DNA of 64,000 nucleotides, from the NCBI GenBank assembly GCA_965223845.1, contig CBDCXR010000004.1, forward strand, positions 864,001 through 928,000, read 5' to 3'. This DNA comes from Planctomycetota bacterium (lineage in GTDB: Bacteria; Planctomycetota; UBA8108; SXIK01). The notes under the pieces are model-generated. The model made no database searches. It was not told the DNA's origin and worked only from the letters and a program-made list of their open reading frames with translations. A program made the position numbers and the translations under genes. This document shows, one piece after another, positions 20,211 to 30,006 of the stretch; position 1 is the stretch's first letter, and each line of letters starts with the position of its first letter.

Positions 20211-22442
20211 ATGGGCACCCGGTCTGCGTGGTCTCGCGTCGCGCGAAGTGCGCTACTGATCCCGGTTTTCGCCTTCCTCGGCGGTGAATCAGCGCTCGAG
20301 GCGTCGCCGCCGATCCGTGTTCTCGTCTGGGATGAGCAACAGCCACGGCAAAAGCGGGCGTACCCGAACTTCTTGGGGGCGGAGATCGCGGCTCAGCTCG
20401 CGAAGAGCGAAGAGTTCTCCGTCAAGACCGCACGACTCGACGACCCCGGCCACGGGATCTCCCCGGCGACTCTCCAGGAGGCGGACGTTCTCATCTGGTG
20501 GGGGCACGTGCGCCAGCACGAGATCTCCGCGGCGGAAGGGCGCGAGATCGTCGATCGCGTCGAGCGCGGCGAGCTCGCGTTGATCGTCCTCCATTCGGCC
20601 CACTGGAGCGTTCCGTTCATGGAGGCGATGGAGAGAATCGCCGCGCAGGACGCGCTGGACCGCCTCCCCGAGAGCGAGCGCGCGACGGCGACGCTGCGGT
20701 TTCTCGGCGAGCGGGTCCGGAAGAAGCTCGCGCCGCGACATCGTGGGACGCTGATGTCGCAGTATCGGCGCGGGGACGACGGGAAGCTCGAGATTCTCCT
20801 CGAACGTCCGACGTGCGTGTTTCCGCGTTGCTGCGATCCAGCCGAACCGTCTACGGTGCGGACGCTCCTGCCGGATCACCCGATCGCGGCGGGCGTTCCT
20901 CGTCGATTCGTCATTCCGCAGACCGAGATGTACGACGAGCCGTTCCACGTCCCCGCGCCGGACAAGGTGATTTTCGAGGAGAGCTGGGAGGACGGAGAGC
21001 ATTTTCGGAGCGGCGCGCTCTGGCGTCTCGGTCGCGGTCAGGTGTTCTATTTCCGCCCGGGGCACGAGACCTACCCGGTGTTTTTCGAGAAGCCCGTTCT
21101 CCGTATCGTCGAGAACGCCGCGCGCTGGCTCGGTGACGGGGTACGCGCAGCTCGAGCGGGTCCGCAGCCGTCGGCACTCGACCGCGTGCTCGTGTTTTCG
21201 AAAACTTCTTGGTATCGCCACCCGGAGATTCCGGCGGTGAACGAGTGGCTCGTCGAACTCGGGAAAGAGCACGACTTCGCGGTCGACGTGACCGAAGACG
21301 CCAATGCGATCACGGCGGAGAATCTGGCGCGGTATCAGTCGGTCGTGCTCAACAGCACGACGGACATCGGCAAGTCACTCGACGATGCGCAGAAAGCGGC
21401 GTTCATCGCGTGGTTCCGCTCCGGTGGGAGCATCGTCGGCCTCCACGCCGCCGCGGTGCACCACGGGACGTGGCCGTGGTTCGAGACCCTGCTCGGTACG
21501 GATTTCTCCGCGGATTCGAAACGCTCGCTGGCGCGTGTCTTTGTTTCTCCGGCCGGCGAAGTCCATCCCGCGACGGCCGGACTCGGGACCGTGGTCTGGC
21601 TCGAGGAGGAGTGGAACTCGTTTACGAAGAGTGTGCGCGGCCTCCCGGGAGTCTCCGTGCTCCTCTCGCTCGACGAGACGACGTACGATCCCGTTCGCCC
21701 TTACTTCAAAGCGCGCAATCAGAAGCCGATGGGGGATGACCATCCGATCGCGTGGATCCGGGAATTCGAGGGCGGTAGACTCTTCTACACGGGCATCGGG
21801 CACGATACCCGCATCCTCCGCAGCGAGTTTGGCACTCGACACGTCCTCGAAGCGCTGCGATGGGCGGCCGGTCCGGCGAATCAACGCGGGAGCGCAGGGA
21901 GAACGGCAGTGAACGAAGATTCGGGTGGTGGGAAGACGGAGCTCGCGACGTTCGGCGCGGGCTGCTTCTGGTGCATCGAGGCTGTACTTGAGCAACTGGA
22001 CGGCGTGGAGGACGTCGTCTCCGGTTACATGGGCGGTAAAGTCGCAAACCCGACCTACGAACAGATCTGCACCGGCCGCACCGGGCACGCCGAGGTCGTC
22101 CAGGTAAAGTTCTCACCGGAGAAGATCAGCTACGACGATCTCCTCACGATGTTTTGGAAGCTGCACGATCCCACGACTCTCAATCGGCAGGGAGCGGACG
22201 TCGGTACTCAGTACCGCTCGGCGATCTTCTATCACTCGGAGGAACAGCAGAAAGCCGCGCGAGCGTCGAAGGCGAAGGCGGCAAAGTACTTTTCCGACCC
22301 GATCGTCACGGAGATCACGGCTGCGAGTCCGTTCTACGCGGCGGAGAAGTACCACCAGGATTACTACCGCCTCAACAAGAACCAGCCCTATTGCCGCTTC
22401 GTCATCGTCCCTAAGCTCGACAAGCTGGGACTCGAAAGATAG
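20211..22442 (+). CDS. msrA: Exported fusion protein: ThuA-like domain + second ThuA-like domain + peptide-methionine (S)-S-oxide reductase MsrA
   Basis: DVLIWWGH, LHSAH, EMYDEPF and YFRPGHE (ThuA 1); VLVFSKT, GLHAA, HPIAW and FYTGIGH (ThuA 2); FGAGCFWC, GHAEVV, HDPTTLNRQGAD and QYRSAIF (MsrA); single open frame. Confidence 0.85.
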   Translation: MGTRSAWSRVARSALLIPVFAFLGGESALEASPPIRVLVWDEQQPRQKRAYPNFLGAEIAAQLAKSEEFSVKTARLDDPGHGISPATLQEADVLIWWGHVRQHEISAAEGREIVDRVERGELALIVLHSAHWSVPFMEAMERIAAQDALDRLPESERATATLRFLGERVRKKLAPRHRGTLMSQYRRGDDGKLEILLERPTCVFPRCCDPAEPSTVRTLLPDHPIAAGVPRRFVIPQTEMYDEPFHVPAPDKVIFEESWEDGEHFRSGALWRLGRGQVFYFRPGHETYPVFFEKPVLRIVENAARWLGDGVRAARAGPQPSALDRVLVFSKTSWYRHPEIPAVNEWLVELGKEHDFAVDVTEDANAITAENLARYQSVVLNSTTDIGKSLDDAQKAAFIAWFRSGGSIVGLHAAAVHHGTWPWFETLLGTDFSADSKRSLARVFVSPAGEVHPATAGLGTVVWLEEEWNSFTKSVRGLPGVSVLLSLDETTYDPVRPYFKARNQKPMGDDHPIAWIREFEGGRLFYTGIGHDTRILRSEFGTRHVLEALRWAAGPANQRGSAGRTAVNEDSGGGKTELATFGAGCFWCIEAVLEQLDGVEDVVSGYMGGKVANPTYEQICTGRTGHAEVVQVKFSPEKISYDDLLTMFWKLHDPTTLNRQGADVGTQYRSAIFYHSEEQQKAARASKAKAAKYFSDPIVTEITAASPFYAAEKYHQDYYRLNKNQPYCRFVIVPKLDKLGLER

Positions 22443-22457
22443 CGGCGAGCCGACGAC

Positions 22458-23474
22458 TCAAACCGTCGCGAGTGCGGGTTCGACGAGGGTCTCCGACGTG
22501 CGGATGAAATCTTCCTCGCGTGCGAGGAAGGCGTCGACCATGCGCGGGTCGAAGTGAGTTCCGCGGCCCTCCTCGATGATCGCGCGTGCTACGTCGTGCG
22601 TGAACGCGTCTTTGTAAACTCTCTTGGACGTGAGAGCGTCGTAGACGTCAGCGATGGCGACGATGCGACCGGCGACCGGAATGGCATCGCCGGCGAGCCC
22701 CTCCGGATAGCCCTTCCCGTCGAAGTGCTCGTGGTGCGAAGCTGCGATGTCGCGTGCGACGCGGAGAAAGTCGGCGCCCGGATGCTCGCTCAAGGCGGCA
22801 TCGAGAGTCTGCGCGCCGTGCGTCGTGTGCGACTTCATGATCTCGAACTCTCGATCGGAGAGCCGGCCCGGTTTGAGGAGGACGAAGTCGGGAATCGCGA
22901 TCTTGCCGATGTCGTGAAGCGGACTCGCGAGATAGATGAGGCGACAGTACGCTTCCGTAACGACGTCTCTGAAGTCCGGGTGCGAGGACACTTCCTTCGA
23001 GAGGATGTACGAGTACTCCCGGACTCGCTCGAGATGGGTTCCGGTGTCGGTGTCTCGCGATTCGGCAAGTTTCGCCATCGCGAAGATCGTGAGGTCGCGA
23101 GTTTCGAGCGCGAGGATGCGTTCCCCGGTTCGGACGCGCAGGGAGAGTTCGGTCGGATCGAACGGTTTTCCGACGAAATCGTCCGCGCCGGCGGAGAGCC
23201 CCTCGACGACGTCCTCCGGTCGCTGATGGCTCGTGAGGAGGATCAGATAGATGTAGCCGGGGAACTGACCGGTACGCACTTGGCGGCAGAGCTCGATTCC
23301 GTTGAGCTCCGGCATCTCCCAGTCGGAGATGACGAGACGACAGCGTCCGGAGCGAAGGATTTCGAGCGCCGAGCGGCCGTTGTAGGCCTGCTCCGTTTCG
23401 TAGCCGGAGTGCTCGAGCGCGTTGCAGATCATGTCGACGGTCATTTCGTCGTCGTCGACAACTAGGATCCTCAT
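22458..23474 (-). CDS. Response regulator with HD-GYP c-di-GMP phosphodiesterase domain (RpfG-like)
   Basis: REC domain (ILVVDD, SDWEMP, KPF); [17 protein letters not shown] and ADVYDAL motifs; ATGA overlap with the upstream kinase. Confidence 0.93.
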   Translation of the reverse strand: MRILVVDDDEMTVDMICNALEHSGYETEQAYNGRSALEILRSGRCRLVISDWEMPELNGIELCRQVRTGQFPGYIYLILLTSHQRPEDVVEGLSAGADDFVGKPFDPTELSLRVRTGERILALETRDLTIFAMAKLAESRDTDTGTHLERVREYSYILSKEVSSHPDFRDVVTEAYCRLIYLASPLHDIGKIAIPDFVLLKPGRLSDREFEIMKSHTTHGAQTLDAALSEHPGADFLRVARDIAASHHEHFDGKGYPEGLAGDAIPVAGRIVAIADVYDALTSKRVYKDAFTHDVARAIIEEGRGTHFDPRMVDAFLAREEDFIRTSETLVEPALATV

Positions 23475-26398
23475 CGTTTTGCTCCGGTCGAATCGAGCTC
23501 GCCCGAAGGCTCCTCGAGTTGAGCAAAGGCGGTCGGCAAGTGGTCGACGCAGCGCTTGAACTCGGTCTGCACCTGGTCCAGAGCCGTCGCGGCTTCGTCG
23601 GCATTGTCGTTTCGGCTGTGATTCTCGAGCGATGCGGCGAAGTCGCGCAGGCACGGGGCCGAAATGCTCGCGGCGGCACCCTTGATCGAGTGGGCGTCTC
23701 GCGCGACGTTGTCGAAGTTGCCGTCGGCGACGTGTTGAGAGAGAGACTTCACGGATTCGGCGACCTTGACTTCGAACTTTTCGAGAACCTTGCGGCAGAA
23801 GGATCGATCCTTCATGCAGCGTTGAAACAGTTCGTGGAGCTCGATCGGGGGGGACGGCGGCGGCGTCGCGACGTCGCCGAATTCGTCGTCGGTTTCCGAA
23901 AACGTTTCGTCGACAACGAGAGAGGCTTCCTCTCTATCGGCTCTGCGGGAGGAAACCTCAACGAACTCGTCGTCGCGGAGATCGGGGTTCCGGCGGAGGA
24001 GGACGGATTCGACGACCTCGAGGAGGATCTCCTGATCGATCGGCTTGCTGACGTAGCGGTCCATTCCGGCGCTGAGGCAGAGCTCGCGATCTCCCCTGAT
24101 CGCGTTCGCCGTGAGAGCCACGATCGGGAGGCGTTCTCCGTCTTCTCGGTTGTCGGTCGGAACTTCGCCCCGAGCTTCGGCGGAGCGAATCGTGCGCGTC
24201 GCCTCGAATCCGTCCATTTCCGGCATCTGGCAATCCATGAACACCAGGTCGTACGGATTTGCGAGCACGGCTTGGACGGCTTCGATCCCGTTCGTGGCGA
24301 CGTCGCAGGTATAGCCAGAGTTGCGGAAGATCCCGCGAGCGACGAGTTGGTTCACCTCCTGGTCTTCGACGAGAAGGATTCGGAATCGACGTCGAGCCTC
24401 GCGGCGGGCGTTCGGAGCGTTTCGGCGGAAGCTGCCGAGTCGTCCGATCTTCGGCGGTGATTTCGCCAGTGTGGTGGCCCGGCGTAGAGCCTCGAACAGA
24501 TCTGACTCGCGGAGCGGCTTGCTCAGACGCGCGACGATCCCGAGGTCCCGAGCCGACTGCTTCGCCGCTTCATCGTCGACGGAAGTGAGAAGGATCACTC
24601 GCGTCGAGGCGGTTGCCGGGGTCTTGCGAATCTCCCGCGCCACCTCGAGGCCGTCCATTTCGGGCATCTGTCGGTCGAGGAGGGCGAGTCGGAATGGCTC
24701 GCCTCGGGACGCCGCGGCGCGCAAGTGTTCCAGTCCCTCGGCGCCGGACTCCACCGCGACCGGTTCCATCGACCAGGAGCGGAGCTGCGCCGACAGAATC
24801 TCGCGATTCGTTGCATTATCGTCCACGACGATCACCGGCAGGCCCTCGAGCTCGCCGTGCGGCTCCCCGGCCGCCTCCGTACCGTCGGCGGTCGCACTGT
24901 CGGTTCCACGCTCCAGCGAGAGATCGAACCAGAAGCGCGACCCTCGCCCTTCGACGCTTTCGACGCCGATCGAACCGCCCATCAGGGTGATGATTCGCTT
25001 CGAGATCGCCAGTCCGAGTCCAGTACCACCGTAGCGCCGGGTCATGGAAGCGTCGACTTGATGAAACGACTGGAACAGGGCGTCGACGCGTTGTTCGGGG
25101 ATTCCGATCCCCGTGTCGCTGACCTCGCAGTGTAGCTTGACTTCCTTCTCGTCGACGGATTCCGCGCGGACTTTGACGACGACCTCGCCCTCCTCCGTGA
25201 ACTTCACGGCGTTGTTCACGAGGTTGGCGAACACCTGCCGGATGCGGTCTCGATCGCCAATCAGAATCTTGGGGACCTCGGGCGCCACATAGCAAACGAG
25301 CTCAACGTTTCTCTCGGCAGTCTGCTTCGAAAACGACGCCGTGACATCTTCCACGAGGCAGCGAAAGGGGAACGGGATGGACTCGAACTCCATCTTGCCG
25401 GCTTCGATCTTCGAGAAGTCGAGGATGTCATTCAGAAGCTTCATGAGCGAGTCGGCCGACGACATCGCAATCTGCGCGTAGCGCTGTTGCTTCGGCGTGA
25501 GGGACGTCCGAAGGAGGAGCTGGACCATGCCGAGGACTCCGTTCATCGGCGTGCGGATCTCGTGGCTCATGCTGGCGAGAAACTCGCTCTTCGCGCGGTT
25601 GGCGGCCTCCGCGGCGTCCTTCGCCAACTCCAGCTCGCAAGTGCGATCCCCGATCTGTGACTGGAGTGTCGCGCTGAACTCGCGGAGCTCGCGATCGCGA
25701 TCCTGTACGGCTTGCCGCATGGTCTCGAACCCCGCCGCGAGGTTGCCCAGCTCATCGCTGCGTGAATCCTCGATCGGGTGGTCGAAGTCGTTGTGTGAAA
25801 TGCGGAGCGCAGCTTCGGAGAGCCGATCCAAGCGCCGAGTCCAGGAGCCGATGAGGAGGAGGATGATCGGGGCCACGACGAGCGTCGTGACGGTGAGCAT
25901 GAACACCGTGTGAATCGCGAAATCCCGCTGGGCCGCGTGCACGGGCTCTAGCGAGATGCCGGCGACGACTCGGCCGAGAGATTCACGCCTCGGCTTCGGG
26001 CCCGTCGAGAGGGTGGCGGGACCGCCGGTTTCGACGAGCGAGTTGCCGATGACGACTTCGTCGCGCGTGGTTTCCGGACTTCGTTCGAACCGGTCCCAGA
26101 GCGTAGGACTCTGCGTGGCTCGATTGACCAACTGGTCTTCCGAATCGTATACCGCGACGAAGAGTACATGCTCTTCGTCGGAGTAGCGCTCGAGGATCCG
26201 GTCGATCTCGTCGATGTCTCCGACCGAAAGCGGGAGCTCGCACATGCGCGCAACGCTGTTGGCGAGCGAGTCGACGAGTCGACCCTGGTGACTCTCGATG
26301 ACGCGATACGCCCGTCGAACGACGATCGTCGACATCAGCACGAGCGAAGCCGTGACGATGAGTAGCACCAGAAAAAGAGCTTTCTGTCGTAGGTTCAT
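23471..26398 (-). CDS. Hybrid sensor histidine kinase (TM-sensor-TM-HAMP-HisKA-HATPase-REC-REC-Hpt)
   Basis: [33 protein letters not shown]; two receivers (LLDRQMP, FMDCQMP); AHSIKGAA Hpt. Confidence 0.93.
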   Translation of the reverse strand: MNLRQKALFLVLLIVTASLVLMSTIVVRRAYRVIESHQGRLVDSLANSVARMCELPLSVGDIDEIDRILERYSDEEHVLFVAVYDSEDQLVNRATQSPTLWDRFERSPETTRDEVVIGNSLVETGGPATLSTGPKPRRESLGRVVAGISLEPVHAAQRDFAIHTVFMLTVTTLVVAPIILLLIGSWTRRLDRLSEAALRISHNDFDHPIEDSRSDELGNLAAGFETMRQAVQDRDRELREFSATLQSQIGDRTCELELAKDAAEAANRAKSEFLASMSHEIRTPMNGVLGMVQLLLRTSLTPKQQRYAQIAMSSADSLMKLLNDILDFSKIEAGKMEFESIPFPFRCLVEDVTASFSKQTAERNVELVCYVAPEVPKILIGDRDRIRQVFANLVNNAVKFTEEGEVVVKVRAESVDEKEVKLHCEVSDTGIGIPEQRVDALFQSFHQVDASMTRRYGGTGLGLAISKRIITLMGGSIGVESVEGRGSRFWFDLSLERGTDSATADGTEAAGEPHGELEGLPVIVVDDNATNREILSAQLRSWSMEPVAVESGAEGLEHLRAAASRGEPFRLALLDRQMPEMDGLEVAREIRKTPATASTRVILLTSVDDEAAKQSARDLGIVARLSKPLRESDLFEALRRATTLAKSPPKIGRLGSFRRNAPNARREARRRFRILLVEDQEVNQLVARGIFRNSGYTCDVATNGIEAVQAVLANPYDLVFMDCQMPEMDGFEATRTIRSAEARGEVPTDNREDGERLPIVALTANAIRGDRELCLSAGMDRYVSKPIDQEILLEVVESVLLRRNPDLRDDEFVEVSSRRADREEASLVVDETFSETDDEFGDVATPPPSPPIELHELFQRCMKDRSFCRKVLEKFEVKVAESVKSLSQHVADGNFDNVARDAHSIKGAAASISAPCLRDFAASLENHSRNDNADEAATALDQVQTEFKRCVDHLPTAFAQLEEPSGELDSTGAKR

Positions 26399-26405
26399 AG
26401 ACGAC

Positions 26406-27374
26406 TCAGCGGTTGCCGGTGACCCGGAATGCCGCCTCTTTGAGCACCTTCGGAGGGAGCTTGATCCTCAAGCGGTCCGCGACGATTTCATTGACGCCGT
26501 ACGCGAGCTTCGCCTGCCGGTGGGGGAGCTCTTTGGGCTCGGACGAAGACGGGTGCTCGGCGAGCGCCCTATGACAGAGATCGGCGAGAACCTCGCCCTG
26601 ACTGGCGGGGTCGACTCCGACTCCGATCAGCGCGCCGGCCTTGACCGAGGGGGCCGAGAATCCGAAGACCGGGATGCTGTTTCGTACGCTTTGAAGAAGA
26701 AGCGCGCGGAAGGAGGCGAGGGTGATGACGTCCTCGTCGTGCGCGGTCCAGATGATATCGGGCCGACGGCGGATCAGCGCCTGGATCGCCGGCGCGACGT
26801 TGTCATGAACGTCGATGTCCTCGGCGAGAAGCTTCCAGTTTTTCGGAAGCGCGTTCCGAAGCCGTTCGACGATCGATCGACTCGGTGCTGAGGATCGACG
26901 GTAAAGTACGCCGACGCGCTTTGTTGTCGGAAGCGCCGTCGCGATGAGCTCGACGCGAGCCTCGATGGCCGTATCGGTACTGACTCCGAAGGTCTTCGGC
27001 CGCTCGGTGAGTCCGCGACGCTCCGGAGCTGCGACGAGGCAGTAGCCGAGGCGAGCCTCGTCGTCGAGGCGGTCGCGCAGTGCGACCGCGGCGCCGGTGC
27101 CGATCGCGACGTGAAGGGTATTCTCTGCCGCTTTTCCCAGCTCTGCCTCCTCGCTCTCGAGTGCGTCGGCGAGGATGGTCCTCGATGAGTGGCCGTGCTC
27201 ATCCAATTTCGCGCGAAGTCGTTGGTGCGCGATCTTGTAGGGGAGCGCTCGACTCGTCTGGACGATCACTACATCCCCGGCGTGGACGGGTCTCGCGACG
27301 AGACACCACGCCGCGAGTACGGCAAACATCCAGAGCCGCGGTCGCGTCCGCGAAATCGCCACAACGCCCCCCAT
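26406..27374 (-). CDS. Periplasmic ABC-type substrate-binding-like protein (no transporter adjacent)
   Basis: Signal peptide; VAIG, KRVGVLY, IPVFGFS..VKAGAL and N..A..L.I.LP patterns typical of the ABC_sub_bind family. Confidence 0.7.
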   Translation of the reverse strand: MGGVVAISRTRPRLWMFAVLAAWCLVARPVHAGDVVIVQTSRALPYKIAHQRLRAKLDEHGHSSRTILADALESEEAELGKAAENTLHVAIGTGAAVALRDRLDDEARLGYCLVAAPERRGLTERPKTFGVSTDTAIEARVELIATALPTTKRVGVLYRRSSAPSRSIVERLRNALPKNWKLLAEDIDVHDNVAPAIQALIRRRPDIIWTAHDEDVITLASFRALLLQSVRNSIPVFGFSAPSVKAGALIGVGVDPASQGEVLADLCHRALAEHPSSSEPKELPHRQAKLAYGVNEIVADRLRIKLPPKVLKEAAFRVTGNR

Positions 27375-29509
27375 TACAGGCGCAACCGAAATTGAACGAA
27401 GACGGTTCGGCCGGGCGTCTCGTGAGAGCTGAACGCTCCGATCTGCTGCACGGAAAGAGCGGTTTCGTCGAACAGGTCATGGACGCCCACCGTCAGATCA
27501 AGGCGATCGTCGGCGAGTCGTTTGGTTACGGCGAGATCGACGCGGTGGAAATCGGAAACGCTCGCCCCTGAGCTTCCACTGTCTCGGTTCGTACGCGAGG
27601 TGTACTTGTAGTGGGCCGACGCCGAGAACCCGTGGGGAAGCGCCCATTGAACGCCGAGTCCGACCTTGTTTTTAGCGGGACGGAATCCACGCACGCTCTG
27701 GTCGGTCGCGTCGGGCGAAAAGTTGTTGTGAGCGTACCACGCCGAGATGAAGAGATCGCGCAGGCGGTACTCGAGCTCGACTTCACCACCGAAGGCATCG
27801 CCGCCGTTGATATTGTCGAACACGGCGAGGACGCGACCGAGTCCCAGCGGATCGGGGAGGTCGGCGAAACCGATCAAATCTTCGTAGCGCTGGTAGTAGA
27901 GGTTGACCCGTGCGGTGAGATCCGGCGTCAGCGCCCCCGAGTAGCCGGTCTCGAGCGAGTAAACCTCTTCGTGATCGAGGTCGTCGGACTCGAAGAGCTG
28001 GACACCGAAGGAGCCGGGCGGAAGCGGAGGACTCGGCAGCGGGAGGCGTTGGATTCTAGCCTCGCGCACTCCGAAGAGCGGCGCTCGAAACGCCTTCGCC
28101 GCCCCGATCCGCAACCGGTGGTTCTGCTCGTCGTCGACGGCGTAGAGAACCGAGACGCGGCCGGACCAATCGACCTTTGTTCCCGAGTACCAATCGGCTC
28201 TGAGCTGCGTCTCGAGAGCGAGGTCATCGTCGTCGGTCAGCTGCCAGCGGTGGATGCCGAAGATCCCGGCCCAAAACTCGTTTTCGGTACCGCGGTCGAG
28301 AAAGTCCTGGGGCTGTTCGAGGCCGTGCTCGATGTGGACCCAACGTGCGTTTCCGCCGACGGTGAGATGATGCGGGGAGAGTTCGAGATCGACCTGTGCC
28401 TCGAGATCGTTCTCGTACTCCTCGAATCCCCAGATCGACGGCCGGGAGACATCGGCGAAGTTGCCGAACCACTGAACGTAGCCCGTCCAATCGTCGGCCT
28501 CGCGCGTCATGCGAGCGTGTAGCCGAGCGACATCGATTCGCTCGTCGTCACGGGGATCGCCCAGCATCGGGAAGCCGGCGATTTCGAAGTCACCGCGTTC
28601 GACGTGAGCGAACGCCGCGCCGAAATCGAGCGTGTCGCGATCGTTCACCTCGTAGAGGAGCTTCGAGCTGAGACGCCAGTCTTCGCTGAAGTCACGAGAC
28701 GAAAAGTCGTCGTGCGAGATCGCTTCGTCGGACGATTCTCGCGATTCGTATCCTGCCGACACGGACCACGCCCAACGGCCGTTCACTCCCGCCCAGCGCG
28801 AATTCGTGAGAATGTCGCCGAACTCGGTCACGCGGGTGAGTGTGCTCAGGCCGGTCGTTTCACGTGGCGCCTTCGTGATGATGTTGATGACGCCGTTCAG
28901 TGCGTTCGGACCCCACGCCGCGCCGCCCGGCCCGCGGACGATTTCGATTTGGGCGATGTCGTCGGGAAAAATCGGAAGGCGGAAGAAGTCGACGCCACCG
29001 TACGTCGCAGAGGTCGCGTTACGGCCGTCGATGAGGACGAGAGTCCGATCGGAGAACTGGTGGTGGAGGCCGCGGACGCCGAGCGCGACGTTATTGCGAT
29101 CGGTCGCGAGGACGTCGACTCCCGGGGTGAACTGAAGGATTTCCGGAACGGTCGAGAGGCCGGATTCCCGGATCGTCGACGCGTCGACGATCCCGATGGC
29201 GAGCGAGGACTCGGCGCGCCGCTGCTCCTTTCGAGAGGCGCTGACGACGACCGGGATGGGCTCGAAGAGGAGGAGCTCCTCGCTCCCGAACGAGGTATCG
29301 AGGGCGTCGTTGCCGAGGGGAGAGGCATCGCTCGTCTCGGCCTTTCCGGCCAGAAGATCGGAGCCGTCGGCGTCGTTGACGAGAAGCGCGAGCGATCGCT
29401 CCTGCGCGCAGATGACGCCAGTAGCGAAAACCAGATGCGCCAGAAGCAACGTACAGCGAAGCGGAGAGCGCTCGCCTCCGCGAACGGTGGTGCGGGACGG
29501 ATGGGCCAT
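27374..29509 (-). CDS. TonB-dependent receptor
   Basis: Plug motifs VVSASR, PEILQFTPGV, GVRG, TLVLIDGR, IEIVRGPG.A.WG.NALNGVINIITK; C-terminal PGRTVFVQFRLRL beta-signal. Confidence 0.92.
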   Translation of the reverse strand: MAHPSRTTVRGGERSPLRCTLLLAHLVFATGVICAQERSLALLVNDADGSDLLAGKAETSDASPLGNDALDTSFGSEELLLFEPIPVVVSASRKEQRRAESSLAIGIVDASTIRESGLSTVPEILQFTPGVDVLATDRNNVALGVRGLHHQFSDRTLVLIDGRNATSATYGGVDFFRLPIFPDDIAQIEIVRGPGGAAWGPNALNGVINIITKAPRETTGLSTLTRVTEFGDILTNSRWAGVNGRWAWSVSAGYESRESSDEAISHDDFSSRDFSEDWRLSSKLLYEVNDRDTLDFGAAFAHVERGDFEIAGFPMLGDPRDDERIDVARLHARMTREADDWTGYVQWFGNFADVSRPSIWGFEEYENDLEAQVDLELSPHHLTVGGNARWVHIEHGLEQPQDFLDRGTENEFWAGIFGIHRWQLTDDDDLALETQLRADWYSGTKVDWSGRVSVLYAVDDEQNHRLRIGAAKAFRAPLFGVREARIQRLPLPSPPLPPGSFGVQLFESDDLDHEEVYSLETGYSGALTPDLTARVNLYYQRYEDLIGFADLPDPLGLGRVLAVFDNINGGDAFGGEVELEYRLRDLFISAWYAHNNFSPDATDQSVRGFRPAKNKVGLGVQWALPHGFSASAHYKYTSRTNRDSGSSGASVSDFHRVDLAVTKRLADDRLDLTVGVHDLFDETALSVQQIGAFSSHETPGRTVFVQFRLRL

Positions 29510-29586
29510 GGCGGAGAACACTGGGGGGAGAGGATCGGCCTCGTCCGCGAGCGGACGGAGGGCACGAGAAGTGAAACCGGACGCGG

Positions 29587-30003
29587 TCAGGCCGAGGCGC
29601 TCTCGGTCTCGTTCACGTCGTTTCTGGTTCGCTTGCCCCAGAATTCTTCGATCTTCGCGAGCAGCTCGTCGTGGTTGAACGGCTTCGTAACGTAGTCGTC
29701 CGCGCCCGCCTCGAGACCGGCCTTCCGCTCCTCGGCCATAGCCTTCCCCGAGACGAATATGATCGTCGTGTCGGCGTGCTCCGGTTGCGCGCGGAGCTGA
29801 CGACAGACTTCGAAACCGTCGAGGTGCGGCATCATCACGTCGAGAAGAATCACGTCCGGCTTGATTTGCGGAACCTGCTCGAGTGCCTCCTGCCCGGACG
29901 CGGCCGTCCAGATCTCGAACTCTTCGAGGAGCTCTTCGAGGATCATGCGATTGCGCGGTTCGTCGTCGACGATGAGGATGCGCGGTGAATCTTGGGACAC
30001 CAT
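29587..30003 (-). CDS. Single-domain response regulator receiver
   Basis: ILIVDD, LLDVMMP, ADDYVTKPF. Confidence 0.9.
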   Translation of the reverse strand: MVSQDSPRILIVDDEPRNRMILEELLEEFEIWTAASGQEALEQVPQIKPDVILLDVMMPHLDGFEVCRQLRAQPEHADTTIIFVSGKAMAEERKAGLEAGADDYVTKPFNHDELLAKIEEFWGKRTRNDVNETESASA

Positions 30004-30006
30004 GGT

